From: Paraphysomonas bandaiensis
Taxonomy: Eukaryota > Protista > Chrysophyceae
Direction of reading: 5' to 3'
Length of the DNA: 64,000 nt
Assembly (NCBI GenBank): GCA_965644295.1
Contig: CBFFRP010000616.1
Location: 1 to 64,000 of the forward strand
The position numbers and the translations under genes are program-made. Under the pieces are notes generated by a model. It was given only the letters and a program-made list of their open reading frames with translations, did no database searches and was not told the DNA's origin. This document shows positions 1 through 10,462 of this stretch, one piece after another (positions within the stretch are counted from its first letter, which is position 1; each line of letters starts with the position of its first letter).

Positions 1-402
1 GTGAAATCATACAACACTCTATCTTGCTGTGAATCATCTACAGTTTACAGTATCATACTTGTACATATACGGGACTTATATCCCTTCAAGAATACAGTAA
101 CCGCAATGTATACTAAATAAACTGAAAATGAAAGTACAACAGCATGCTACCTAGAGTACCGCAGTATAACACCGTATAACTCCACGTATAACAGTAACTA
201 CAGGTATGCGTGACACTTCCATCTGATATTGTAACCCTTTCCCAATCCGCTCGGCGTTATTTTCCGCAATATACTGTCGCAACCCCTGATGCACCTATAA
301 ACATGCATCAGTGTGCAACCTCGCATACCATAACTATATCACAGACATGTCTTTTAATACATGCGGAGACATTCATACACATACAGCGTGATATACAACA
401 GC

Positions 403-2072
403 TCACACCATTTTTTTCGTCACAGCACTTTGTGTACGGATGATGCTGTTCTCGTACAAGTATGCTTGTAGCTCTCGAGGAGATTCGCGAGCATTGCATA
501 TATCACTACGCACAGAATCTAAAATTGTTGTAATCCTCGTGTTACAAATCGTGGTGAATTTTTTGATAAATCTATTCTCAAAATCCAACAGACTGTCCTG
601 AATTTTTGAGAAATCGACTGCCAATTCACCATCGGGGGACAACCGAATGTCCGGAAGACAACGCATGTGTATCATCATTCGCGACGCTTCGTTGCTGAGT
701 CTACGACACTCTAGAACCAGCATATCTTTAGCTTGAGTTTGAATCAATTCCCCTAATTTCTTTTCAAAATGAACAAATCTGGGGGACGGCAGGAAGGGTT
801 TGATATCATCATACTGTAGTGTGAACGGTTGCCTCTCTTCATTTCCACCCCGCAGCTCATTCTTCCTTAATTCCTCATAGGCAAGTAATTTGTTCATTTC
901 CTGTTTTCCAGACAGCAAAAACACCTTCGCGTTCCAACTTTTTTTGTATCTTGACAATGTAGAAACAAAATCACTCTCCAATTCAGTTAATATCCTCTCT
1001 TTTTCATCGTCTGTGAGTACTTCTGACCTCCCAGGTTCATCTTGAATTGCCTCCAAATATCTATCAATGGCATTGACGACAACCAGCACTTGGGGGATGC
1101 CCAACGATTCAGTAATGGTGCTCACGAAGTTAGCGTCCAAAGTTCGAAAGTTGCCGCCATCTGACCGACAGAGGTATATAAGAGAGCATGTAGCAGCCAG
1201 ATCGCCATCTGATTTGTGTCGGTGTAATACATCACGAATGGAACTTTCCTAGTATCAGTTAAGAAATTAGCGGGTGTAAACAATAGTAGACACATAGCAG
1301 AACTGGGTCGATGCAGACATACAGCTAAACAGGGGGGAGGCCTCACCACATCGGAGTTCTCATCATAGCCAGGGCAATCCACCAAGGTAATGCCGGGCTT
1401 CAGAGCCTGAAAGGGGAACAACACTTCCACTAATCTCTCGGAGGTGTGCTTGCCGGTTACCATTTCACCGATATATCTCTTCAAATGATTAGTATCGTCG
1501 AAGTCACATTCTTCCGTGATAATAGGTTTAGGAATTAGAGTGCCGTCTTTATCAGGTCCCAACAACTGGCGGCCGGTTTCGTCTCTAAAGTCTGATATGC
1601 GTACGGACACTTTATGGCTGTACCGGAAGGAGACCACAGCGCTGGTACGCTTTTGGGTCGAGATAGGAGTAAAAATTTCCCTGAGGAGGAGGTTGATCAG
1701 TGTCGATTTGCCCACATTCATGGAGCCCATTAGAATCACCAGGTGCAAAGACGAAGACGTCATCGATATTAAGGAGTTTGATAACGAAATGCCTCCTGAG
1801 CCTGATTCCGGTTTGTTGATTTCCTCCCGATACAGCTCTGACTGTGCGTTGAATTGCTCATTGAAGTGAACAAGATTCTGTTTGAAGTCTGAAAGAACTT
1901 TAATGTCTTTGTCGATGACAGAACTCCAAGGCGAGGAATCAGCCATAGGATGCGATCCTCTGCGGACCATGTCAGGATTGATTGCCGTCAGAGAGTTTTG
2001 TTTAGTATAAGGATCAGATTGATCATCACTGGGAACAGGAGGGGGTTGAGATGGTTGTATGGGATCATCCAT
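403..2072 (-). CDS. Dynamin-superfamily (BDLP/mitofusin-like) GTPase; 3' part probably continues left of 403
   Basis: Motifs: G1 GSMNVGKST, G3 LVDCPG, G4-like VVNAID, followed by a helical region. ORFs 1122-2072 and 403-1140 join in frame via a phase-0 GT-AG intron at 1249-1346 (..DENSDV|ESSIRDVLHRH..). The apparent stop at 403 lies within a GTGTGAG donor-like sequence. Confidence 0.75.
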
Positions 2073-2754
2073 AGGTTAACTACTGCTCTGGATATGGTGA
2101 TAAGAGGGTTATATGAGAGCTGAGGGAGTGACTGTCTGCCTGTCTGCCTGCCTGCCTGCCTGTCTCTGAGTGAGTAGCTACATGCATGTCCAGATGCGCT
2201 CGATTTGGACAAAGATATCGAACAAAACCACCGAATTCATATCAGCAGTTGGCATCTTATTTTTCGGAAATAAGTTGAGGTAAATATTTTCTATATTACT
2301 GCAATACAACTTCGGCTAGAATACAGATAATTGTTGTCTCAATAATAGAGGCATCTTTGAACAAAAATATACGAAGGATGCCAATACGTTTTTCAGAATT
2401 CAGTATTCAGTTTCCCTTACGAATAAGACCCACCCTTAGAAAGTGCCAATTTTTATTGAAATATCCGGATATCTGTGTGTAGGAATATACAGTACTGCAA
2501 CAGCAGTACATACTCTGTATGTACTATATCGGTGTACTGTATATAGAAAGTGAAGATTACAAAAGTTTAGGCTTTTTTATGTTTTCTACCATTTTTCTTA
2601 CTTCTTTACTTGAAAACCTCACGTTTTTTGTAACAAAACTAACCTACACCAGCATTTATCAGTCCGTTCTGTGGAACCTCCCCAGTGGACACATACATAC
2701 ATAGCCAGCTCACACATCTGAATATGAATATCAATATGCGTTAATTAAATATCG

Positions 2755-3977
2755 ATGTTCAGGACTTTCAAGCATGCTTCAATGGTTCCTTTGACAGCAA
2801 CTTTGCTGTCATATTCACTCTCCGAACCAAACAAACAGGATCGTATGCTACCATCCAGACCACACAGAGACATACACGTACGGACTGATGCTATGAAACA
2901 TATTGCTGCAGATTGTAAGCAATATGAGCACTTTAATCTGTATGATACTCCCGCACATCGCGTTCTATTGACATCTGTACACAACAAATGCGATCTATTG
3001 ACTAAGAATCGATTTGTTGGTAGGAATGGATCACATGCGCGGTTAGTGTGTGGCCCAGACGGTGTCGGAAAATCAACTGTCCTTGAGACATATTCGAAGT
3101 TATGCTCTAATTATTACCCGGATGTTTTACCGATTTATAGTAGTATGGATGACCTGAACGTTGAAGGCAATGAGATGAAGGATCAAACTATTTTAGAATA
3201 TGTGCATGCAAAGCTAGTATCTGAGTATGGTCTGAAAATGGGACCAAATACGATACCTTGAGGCTACCCGTCTCTCCTTGTACTGATCTAATTGCAATTG
3301 AAAACATTCTAAGTGGGTATTTTGATGACACGAACGATGATGGTATTCCAAGTATCGATAAACAAGAGTTAGTCAGGCTTTTAGCTTTCGGTATTGGTGT
3401 TGTTCCGCGGTCCCTCGATGCAGCGTGCGCCAAATTAGAAGAAGGGGAATTTGAACTGTGTCATCATCTGGGACCTGATATACATCGTAATGGAGCGAAG
3501 TGGTACTACAGTACTTCAATTCCTTTATACTGGAAACTAATCGAGAGGTTGGAACGAAAAAATTCGCGGATAAAATTAATGTTGAGTCGCTCAGGGACTG
3601 ACACAAAAACCACTAAGGATATCATGGACCTTGAATTAGTCAAAACTGTGGCCTGGGAGAAGGAGTTTGTATCACTTACCTACAAGGACATATTCGAAGT
3701 ATGGGATCGCTTGTGCACTGAAGACCCGTCTTTCAAGAAGTATCAGGGTGATGTGGAACAATTGCAGTTTTCTATTCTTGAGCTGTGTGACAAGGGTCAG
3801 CTTACATATACTGAAATTGAAGGTGGCATGCCGGTCGGAATTTTTCCTATATGTCCCGCTCAAGTCTTCATCAATGCCAAGTCCAATACGAGTACGGGAA
3901 TTAGTAACCTCACTTTTACCTTTAACATACTATTGAAGAAATGTTTTGATAACTGTTACCGAAAAAGTTGTCGATGA
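2755..3977 (+). pseudogene. P-loop NTPase split into two frames (probable internal deletion or frameshift)
   Basis: Walker A LVCGPDGVGKST lies in 2755-3261. The reading continues in another frame (NGTKYDTLRLP.., 3237-3977) with no intron-sized gap and no recognisable Walker B. Confidence 0.5.
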
Positions 3978-4805
3978 AATTATCAGCAAACATGTTCCGT
4001 AAAACATTGTTTTGTTTTCTGACAATAGGGAAATGTGTAGCTGATATTCTCTTCAGTAAAAGGATTCCAGTATTACCGTTGTAATTAAACACTCTTTGCC
4101 GGTTTAGGTATTTTACCTGTTAAATGGCGGAAACATAGGACGTGTTAATGGAAACGAACGTTGTCGCGAGGCACTAAAAGGCCACATCGCAAAGTTAGCA
4201 ACGGGCCCCGTGTATTTTTACGTCGACATTTGTAAGAAAAAATGGCGGTTAAAAACTAAAAGAAATCGGTAGTTTTACGGTAAGAAACTTTAAAATAAAA
4301 TAATGAAAGAGAGTTTTTAGAAAGTAATAATTCTTAAAATGAGATGAAATGATAAAGCTTTTGCAATTTTGTTATCCTGGAAAGTGGAATGCAAATCAGC
4401 CCGCCTTTCATTTATGATGTTCAGATCAAAATGAAACTAAAATATGCTGACTGTAGAGAATAGTGCTTGTGGTGTCCAAATTTCAATCTCGAATTTTCAC
4501 CTGGGCCCGAGATTTGCAACATAGTAAATTTGTGGTTCGGAGACAATAATTCACAGCATGGAAGAAAACAATTTGGATTCGAAATTTCAAAAATTAGAAA
4601 AAAGAGTTAGATGCTGTACTCTGTATTCAACGACCCCAATTAAAGTTATCAATTTTTTAATGTGGGTATTTCATTTTCCAGTAGAATGAAACTTGGAACG
4701 TGAGCAAATAATTGCTAGGACATCGGATCTGCATCTTGGAGGTACCAGAGAAACGTACAACAGGTAAACCCCTAACAGAGCAAACTCAATATTTGTACAT
4801 GTGTA

Positions 4806-5112
4806 TATTGAACTACAACCAACTCCTACGTGCGTACTTGAAGTTTGGTAAAGTCAATCGCTAGTAGTTATCCTGTATTCTATGTAGCAATGAAATACAG
4901 AATATACATGACTACAGTATAGGAGTAGCTATTACAAGTATACAAAGAAACTGAAAATATAGTAGCTGTTAAAGATATGATTTGTAGAACAGAATGTTGA
5001 TGTTGGTGAATGACGTGGTTCCTAACTCACAGGGCTACAACATCATAAACTTACTATATCTCCTATAATATCAATCAGTCAATATTGCACTAACTAAAAG
5101 CGTAAATTAATA
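4806..5112 (+). repeat. Copia-A 5' LTR (TATT...AATA ends)
   Basis: Direct repeat of 9678-9984, followed immediately by the PBS. Confidence 0.95.
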
Positions 5113-8100
5113 TGGTAGCGGATGGTAGTTTCACGAATGTCGCCTCAGGCTCAAAGGTACCTCCCTTCGAGGAACTGAACTTCAAGAAATTCAAGAAGTT
5201 CTTCACCTCATTCCTCATGAGACACAATCGAGCTCATCTTGTCCTCTCAAAGGATAAACCAAGGCACATTCATGATCTAGACTCTACAGTCCCAGCGGGA
5301 GCTCATATGACTGATGCACAGAAGAAGCGACTACGCAAAGCGAAGAAACTCTGGAACACCCGGAACGAGACCGCGTACTCCTTCCTGATGGAAGTGTGCA
5401 ATGCTCACCCAAAAGCAGGCACAACAGCGGCTCTCTACGAAGGAAGTACAGCAAAAGGGTTACTACAGGCACTGGAAGAGAGATTTCTCAACGTTGAAAA
5501 GAATACAGTACAGGCAGAGGTCACAAAGTTCAATTCAATGAAGATTACCTCAAGTCAGTCAGGAGCAGAGTTCGTCGACAGCGTTGAAGCCCAGGCCAAG
5601 ATTCTCGAGAATCTAGGTCGTGAAGTCACGGAAGACGACAAGCTCACTCGACTAAAGGAAGGTCTCACAGACAAGAGATATTCCCAACTAGCACACAGCC
5701 TGTATACAGCAAACGATGTGACATACGCAAGAGCAAGCAGCCTAATCAAAGGGTATGAAAACACATCATTCGGCAAGCATGCGTTGCAAAATTCAGGGGA
5801 AGACAGTGTCAATCAAGCAGTGGATGACAGTAAATGGAAAGAGCACAAGAGAAAGGGCAGATGCAATAAGTGCAAGAAACTTGGCCACTTTGCTAGGGAG
5901 TGCAAGACTCCAGAGCATGTCATAAAGAGGATGAAGGGGACAAGATCACAGAGAAAAGATAGAGATCACAGAAACAGGGGTGATAACAAAACAAAGCTAC
6001 CTGTGTGTGAGATATGTGACATCCCAGGCCATCAGACTAAAGACTGCTTCCACTTGAAGACTGCTAAAGCTGCAGTGGTCAGTTCTAAACGGGGGCGAGA
6101 CTCTAGAAGGGAAACGGCACCCTACAAGAACAAGAAGAAACCGCGAGTGTCTGTACATGATTCAGAAGATGAAGCGGGATACGAATCGATGATATGTGTG
6201 GAAGAAGAGGTGAATCTAGCACAGAGCATGTCAGATGTTATTTATTTAGACAGCGGGTGCAACAAGATGATCCTTACCTCCAAAAACCACATGACCAACC
6301 TTCAGCGCGCTGATAGGCAGATGTCCACAGCGAACAAAGGTAAACTGTCAATACACAGTGTTGGCGATGTAGGAAGCTTTAAAAAGGTGTACTACGCACC
6401 TGAAGCAAGTAAGAACCTCGTAGATATGAAGAGCATCACAGATAGGGGTTGTGTTGTGACGTTCGATAATGATGAAGTCGTCATTCGAAATAAGACTACG
6501 AACAAGACACTCACTAGACAGAGAAGTGTTAATGGATTATATCCAGTTCGACTCGAAGACTTACTTCAGCTTGGAGAAGAATCCTCAGCAGCACTTGAGG
6601 AGCAGGGGTTTGATGACCAGCGAATTCTATGGCACAAAAGACTTGGCCATGTCAACTATGATAAACTGACTGAGTCCGACCGCCGAGGCCTAGTTGATGG
6701 AATAAATCTGGACAAGAAATATTTCAGAAAAAAACACAAAAAAACGATATGCAAATGTAATACCTGCATGCGATCGAAACTCACGAGAAAGAACTTCAGG
6801 ACTCCACGCCAGTTGATGAACTTAGACAACAACCCAAAGGAGAGAGGGGTGCTCAGTGCAGATACGATGGAAGTCCTAAACACGCCATCGATGGAAGGCT
6901 ACAAACATGTGTTACTATTCAAGCACAGTGATGCAAAACATGTATGGGCTTATGGGTTGAAAAACAAGACTGGGAGTGAAGTGTTAAAGTGTATGAAGGA
7001 CATGGTAGAGACCCAACTTGTCAAAGAAGGATTGCAACTACGACGATATCATGCAGATGGCGCAGGAGAACTAGTAGGGCAACATGTCAGGCAGTACTTA
7101 CGTGAAACCACCAGCACAAGGACTGTACAGGTTACTTGGACTCCACGTGACACACCCGAAATGAATTCGCTATCGGAACGCACTAATCGTACAGTGAAGG
7201 AGATGGCCCTTGCTATATTGCTCGATAGTGGCATGCCATCAGTATTTTGGTTCAAAGCAGTCTTGCATGCTGTATATCTGATCAACAGGTTACCTACGAA
7301 GACAACGAAAGGATACATCTCACCTTTTGAGTATATTACTGGAACCGCACCAGATGTGAGTGACTTGAAGATCTGGGGCTGCAAGGCATGGGCTATTGTG
7401 CCGAAGGAGCAGCGCCGCAAAGAGTGGAAAGAAAAGGGAAAACCTGGATACTATATGGGACAATGTCAACAACCTGTTGGACACCAAATATATATTCCAG
7501 ACCTGAATGCTATTATTGTTGCAGTCAATGCACAGTTTGATGAGTCAATTCCAGAGCGTTCACAGGAGTATTTCGACGAAATAGATAATCTACAAATCGA
7601 CACCTCAGAAACAGCAGAGAGTGTAAATGACTATCAGTACCTGGTGGGCCTCAGACATCTTGATGGACACCTGTGTTATGTTACCACCAGAGTGATAGAG
7701 AGAAGAGGAGTCATTGTTGCATATAGGAGATTAGATATGAAAGGAAATACTACCGAGGAGCAAACTCCAATTCATATCAAAGATGTAGTAAAGATGACTC
7801 ACTCTACAAAGTGTCAGACCGACAAGTTTAATAGTTTGCGAAATGAGTTGGATCAGACTTGTAATGACAGTGACAATGAACAGAGGACTCCTGACCGCTC
7901 AAATCGGGGCGCATCTTCAACAGGTGGGGCAGATCGAAATCCCAGAACTGAAAAACGACCTCGAAAAAAACGGCACATTGTTAACGTTGGTGTCCTCGGC
8001 GATGTCTCATTGTTTCTTGATTCCTCCAACAGCACAATTAAAGAGCCACAGACGCTGGCAGAAGCAAAGAAGACTCCACAGAGAACATACTGGATTGAAG

Positions 8101-9629
8101 CTACCAGGAAGGAGGTGCACAAGCTTGAACGAAGGACATGCTGGAAGATTGTCCGAAGGCCGAAACACCGAAAAATCATAAAATCTAAATTGGTCTTTAA
8201 AGTAAAGCGCGACCATCTTGGAAAAATTAAGAAGTTCAAAGTTCGACTTGTGGCGAAAGGGTTTACTCAAGAACAAGGAGTCGACTATAATGAGACATTC
8301 TCCCCAGTAGCTAAAGGTGTATCATTTAGGCTAGCACTAGCACTGGCTCTGCGATACAATCTGCAACTCCGTCAACTCGATGTAGAAACGGCATTTCCGT
8401 ATGCAGATCTGGACGAAGACGTGTTTATGTCTCCACCTGCAGGAATAGATATTCCACAAGGCTGTTGTTTGAAGATTCTGAAGAGTTTGTATGGCCTAAA
8501 ACAAGCGCCTCGAAATTGGCATTCAATGCTGAAGGACAGTATAAAGGCGATGGGGTATAAACAATGTGTTCTTGACCCATGTTTATTTGTACTCAAGGGT
8601 ACTGATGATAACCTACATATGATACTTGTGTATGTAGATGATATCATTGTGCTCAGCTCTGACAGCCGTCATATTGAAGAAGTCATCAGCGCCTTTAAGA
8701 CTCAATATGCCATGCAAGATATGGGGGACCTTAAGCATTATTTAGGTCTTACCATTGAGCGTCATAATGGCCAGATTAAGTTACATCAGTCTGCATATGC
8801 TAAAGATGTTGTGGCCAGATTCAATCACTTGTTGTCAGAAAAGAAGAGACGGTGCAAGGCAACCACACCTCTACCACCTGGCCTAAAGTTGTCCAAGGAT
8901 GCAAAAGAGGAAGAAACTCGAAAACAGAGAGAATACGTTGATGCATTTCCCTATCAATCTGTTATTGGTGCCTTAATGTATTTGGCAGTGCATACTAGAC
9001 CAGACATGGCATATACAGTAAATCTTCTCTCCCGGTTCACCACAAGACCCACGTACGCTGCATGTCAAGCTGCTCTGCATACTTTATTGTATTTAGAAAA
9101 TACAGTTGATCAAGGTATCATATTTCCTAATTTCACAGATGAAGACCCTCTATGTGTGTACTCTGATGCAGATTGGGCCGGAGATCTGGATACATGCAGA
9201 TCCACTACAGGGTATATCGTATATCTGTGGGGTGCTCCAATTGCATGGCAGTCCAGACTGCAGCCAACAGTGGCTACGTCGACTATGGAAGCTGAATATA
9301 TGGCTGCATATGCTGCAATTCAGGAGATTGTATGGATACGAGGGGTGATGACAGAGCTCGGAATTCGTGGATTTGAGCTCAGTAAGAATGCGTCTCCAAC
9401 AATCTTGAATATGGACAGCAAGAGTGCGATTGATCTAGCTCAGAACCCGGTAAATCATAAACGTTCCAAGCATATTCGGATCAAGTATCATTGGATTCGA
9501 GAGCAAGTGGGAGGCTGTATCGTCAGGCTGAATCATGTGCCAACGGCAGAGATGACAGCAGACGTGATGACTAAAGCCTTGTCCGAGAAGCTGCACTATC
9601 AGCATGTGCACACTATGGTATCGCACTAA
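5112..9629 (+). CDS. Copia-A Gag-Pol polyprotein, 1505 aa
   Basis: Two CCHC knuckles (CNKCKKLGHFAREC, CEICDIPGHQTKDC), protease YLDSGC, integrase HHCC (WHKRLGH..CNTC) and D,D,E (SADT, HADG, SERT), RT YVDD, RNase H DADWAG. Domain order is copia-type. Confidence 0.97.
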   Translation: MVADGSFTNVASGSKVPPFEELNFKKFKKFFTSFLMRHNRAHLVLSKDKPRHIHDLDSTVPAGAHMTDAQKKRLRKAKKLWNTRNETAYSFLMEVCNAHPKAGTTAALYEGSTAKGLLQALEERFLNVEKNTVQAEVTKFNSMKITSSQSGAEFVDSVEAQAKILENLGREVTEDDKLTRLKEGLTDKRYSQLAHSLYTANDVTYARASSLIKGYENTSFGKHALQNSGEDSVNQAVDDSKWKEHKRKGRCNKCKKLGHFARECKTPEHVIKRMKGTRSQRKDRDHRNRGDNKTKLPVCEICDIPGHQTKDCFHLKTAKAAVVSSKRGRDSRRETAPYKNKKKPRVSVHDSEDEAGYESMICVEEEVNLAQSMSDVIYLDSGCNKMILTSKNHMTNLQRADRQMSTANKGKLSIHSVGDVGSFKKVYYAPEASKNLVDMKSITDRGCVVTFDNDEVVIRNKTTNKTLTRQRSVNGLYPVRLEDLLQLGEESSAALEEQGFDDQRILWHKRLGHVNYDKLTESDRRGLVDGINLDKKYFRKKHKKTICKCNTCMRSKLTRKNFRTPRQLMNLDNNPKERGVLSADTMEVLNTPSMEGYKHVLLFKHSDAKHVWAYGLKNKTGSEVLKCMKDMVETQLVKEGLQLRRYHADGAGELVGQHVRQYLRETTSTRTVQVTWTPRDTPEMNSLSERTNRTVKEMALAILLDSGMPSVFWFKAVLHAVYLINRLPTKTTKGYISPFEYITGTAPDVSDLKIWGCKAWAIVPKEQRRKEWKEKGKPGYYMGQCQQPVGHQIYIPDLNAIIVAVNAQFDESIPERSQEYFDEIDNLQIDTSETAESVNDYQYLVGLRHLDGHLCYVTTRVIERRGVIVAYRRLDMKGNTTEEQTPIHIKDVVKMTHSTKCQTDKFNSLRNELDQTCNDSDNEQRTPDRSNRGASSTGGADRNPRTEKRPRKKRHIVNVGVLGDVSLFLDSSNSTIKEPQTLAEAKKTPQRTYWIEATRKEVHKLERRTCWKIVRRPKHRKIIKSKLVFKVKRDHLGKIKKFKVRLVAKGFTQEQGVDYNETFSPVAKGVSFRLALALALRYNLQLRQLDVETAFPYADLDEDVFMSPPAGIDIPQGCCLKILKSLYGLKQAPRNWHSMLKDSIKAMGYKQCVLDPCLFVLKGTDDNLHMILVYVDDIIVLSSDSRHIEEVISAFKTQYAMQDMGDLKHYLGLTIERHNGQIKLHQSAYAKDVVARFNHLLSEKKRRCKATTPLPPGLKLSKDAKEEETRKQREYVDAFPYQSVIGALMYLAVHTRPDMAYTVNLLSRFTTRPTYAACQAALHTLLYLENTVDQGIIFPNFTDEDPLCVYSDADWAGDLDTCRSTTGYIVYLWGAPIAWQSRLQPTVATSTMEAEYMAAYAAIQEIVWIRGVMTELGIRGFELSKNASPTILNMDSKSAIDLAQNPVNHKRSKHIRIKYHWIREQVGGCIVRLNHVPTAEMTADVMTKALSEKLHYQHVHTMVSH
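5113..5122 (+). promoter_or_regulatory. Primer-binding site, initiator tRNA-Met type
   Basis: TGGTAGC directly after the LTR is complementary to a tRNA 3' end GCUACCA, consistent with the A1:U72 initiator tRNA. Confidence 0.75.
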
Positions 9630-9677
9630 GTAGACTTGCTCATCACAGTATATTCTGATATGTTCATTGAGTGGGAG

Positions 9678-9984
9678 TATTGAACTACAACCAACTCCTA
9701 CGTGCGTACTTGAAGTTTGGTAAAGTCAATCGCTAGTAGTTATCCTGTATTCTATGTAGCAATGAAATACAGAATATACATGACTACAGTATAGGAGTAG
9801 CTATTACAAGTATACAAAGAAACTGAAAATATAGTAGCTGTTAAAGATATGATTTGTAGAACAGAATGTTGATGTTGGTGAATGACGTGGTTCCTAACTC
9901 ACAGGGCTACAACATCATAAACTTACTATATCTCCTATAATATCAATCAGTCAATATTGCACTAACTAAAAGCGTAAATTAATA
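9678..9984 (+). repeat. Copia-A 3' LTR
   Basis: Direct repeat of 4806-5112, preceded by the PPT and followed by TSD GTGTA. Confidence 0.95.
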
Positions 9985-10027
9985 GTGTATACCCCTATAG
10001 AGGTATGATAAATTAAAAAGGATGAAT

Positions 10028-10462
10028 TGTTATAATAGGACATTTCTCTGAAGTTAATCTTGCTCTACACTTATACCTTAAACTTACTTTGTTGCACGCA
10101 ATGCACTTTCAAGGAAGAATTATAATTATAAATCTAACACTTTATAACATATTCATGTAAAATCTAGTAAACTTCTGTTCTCAGTGAATATCTGTTATCA
10201 GCAACATATGTTCATCATATCTTCACCAGCCACTCCTATATATTACATATAGTCATACATCAGTAATGAATTTCCTTCCTTTGTAACTATATTCACAGGT
10301 TACACCTATGAGTTGATTTAACTTATTGCACACTATTAACTCACTTCAATTTCAGAATATATATATCGCCTAATACTGCAGAACTCAACACTCCCCCTCA
10401 ATTGGATGTAGCTAACCATTTAATATTATTATCAGATACGCAACCACCGAACCTCATCGGAC
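10028..10462 (-). mobile_element. Truncated copia: diverged 3' LTR, PPT and part of the 3' UTR (Copia-C family)
   Basis: TGTTATAATAGGACATTTC...GCAGAACTCAACA (10028-10390) aligns with LTR 42473-42816. It is followed by CTCCCCCTCAA (PPT reverse complement) and GATACGCAACCACCGAACC. Confidence 0.85.

Larger units (their letters stand above)
4806..9984 (+). mobile_element. Intact Ty1/copia LTR retrotransposon (Copia-A)
   Basis: 307-bp LTRs that look identical. 5-bp TSD GTGTA (4801-4805 and 9985-9989). PBS TGGTAGCGGA at 5113, PPT TTGAGTGGGAG before 9678, and a single gag-PR-IN-RT-RH ORF. Confidence 0.97.

Noticed and set aside
4760-4780. Telomere-like CCCTAA motifs here and at about 28374, 29597 and 36758
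   Set aside because: Single isolated hexamers at about the frequency expected by chance.
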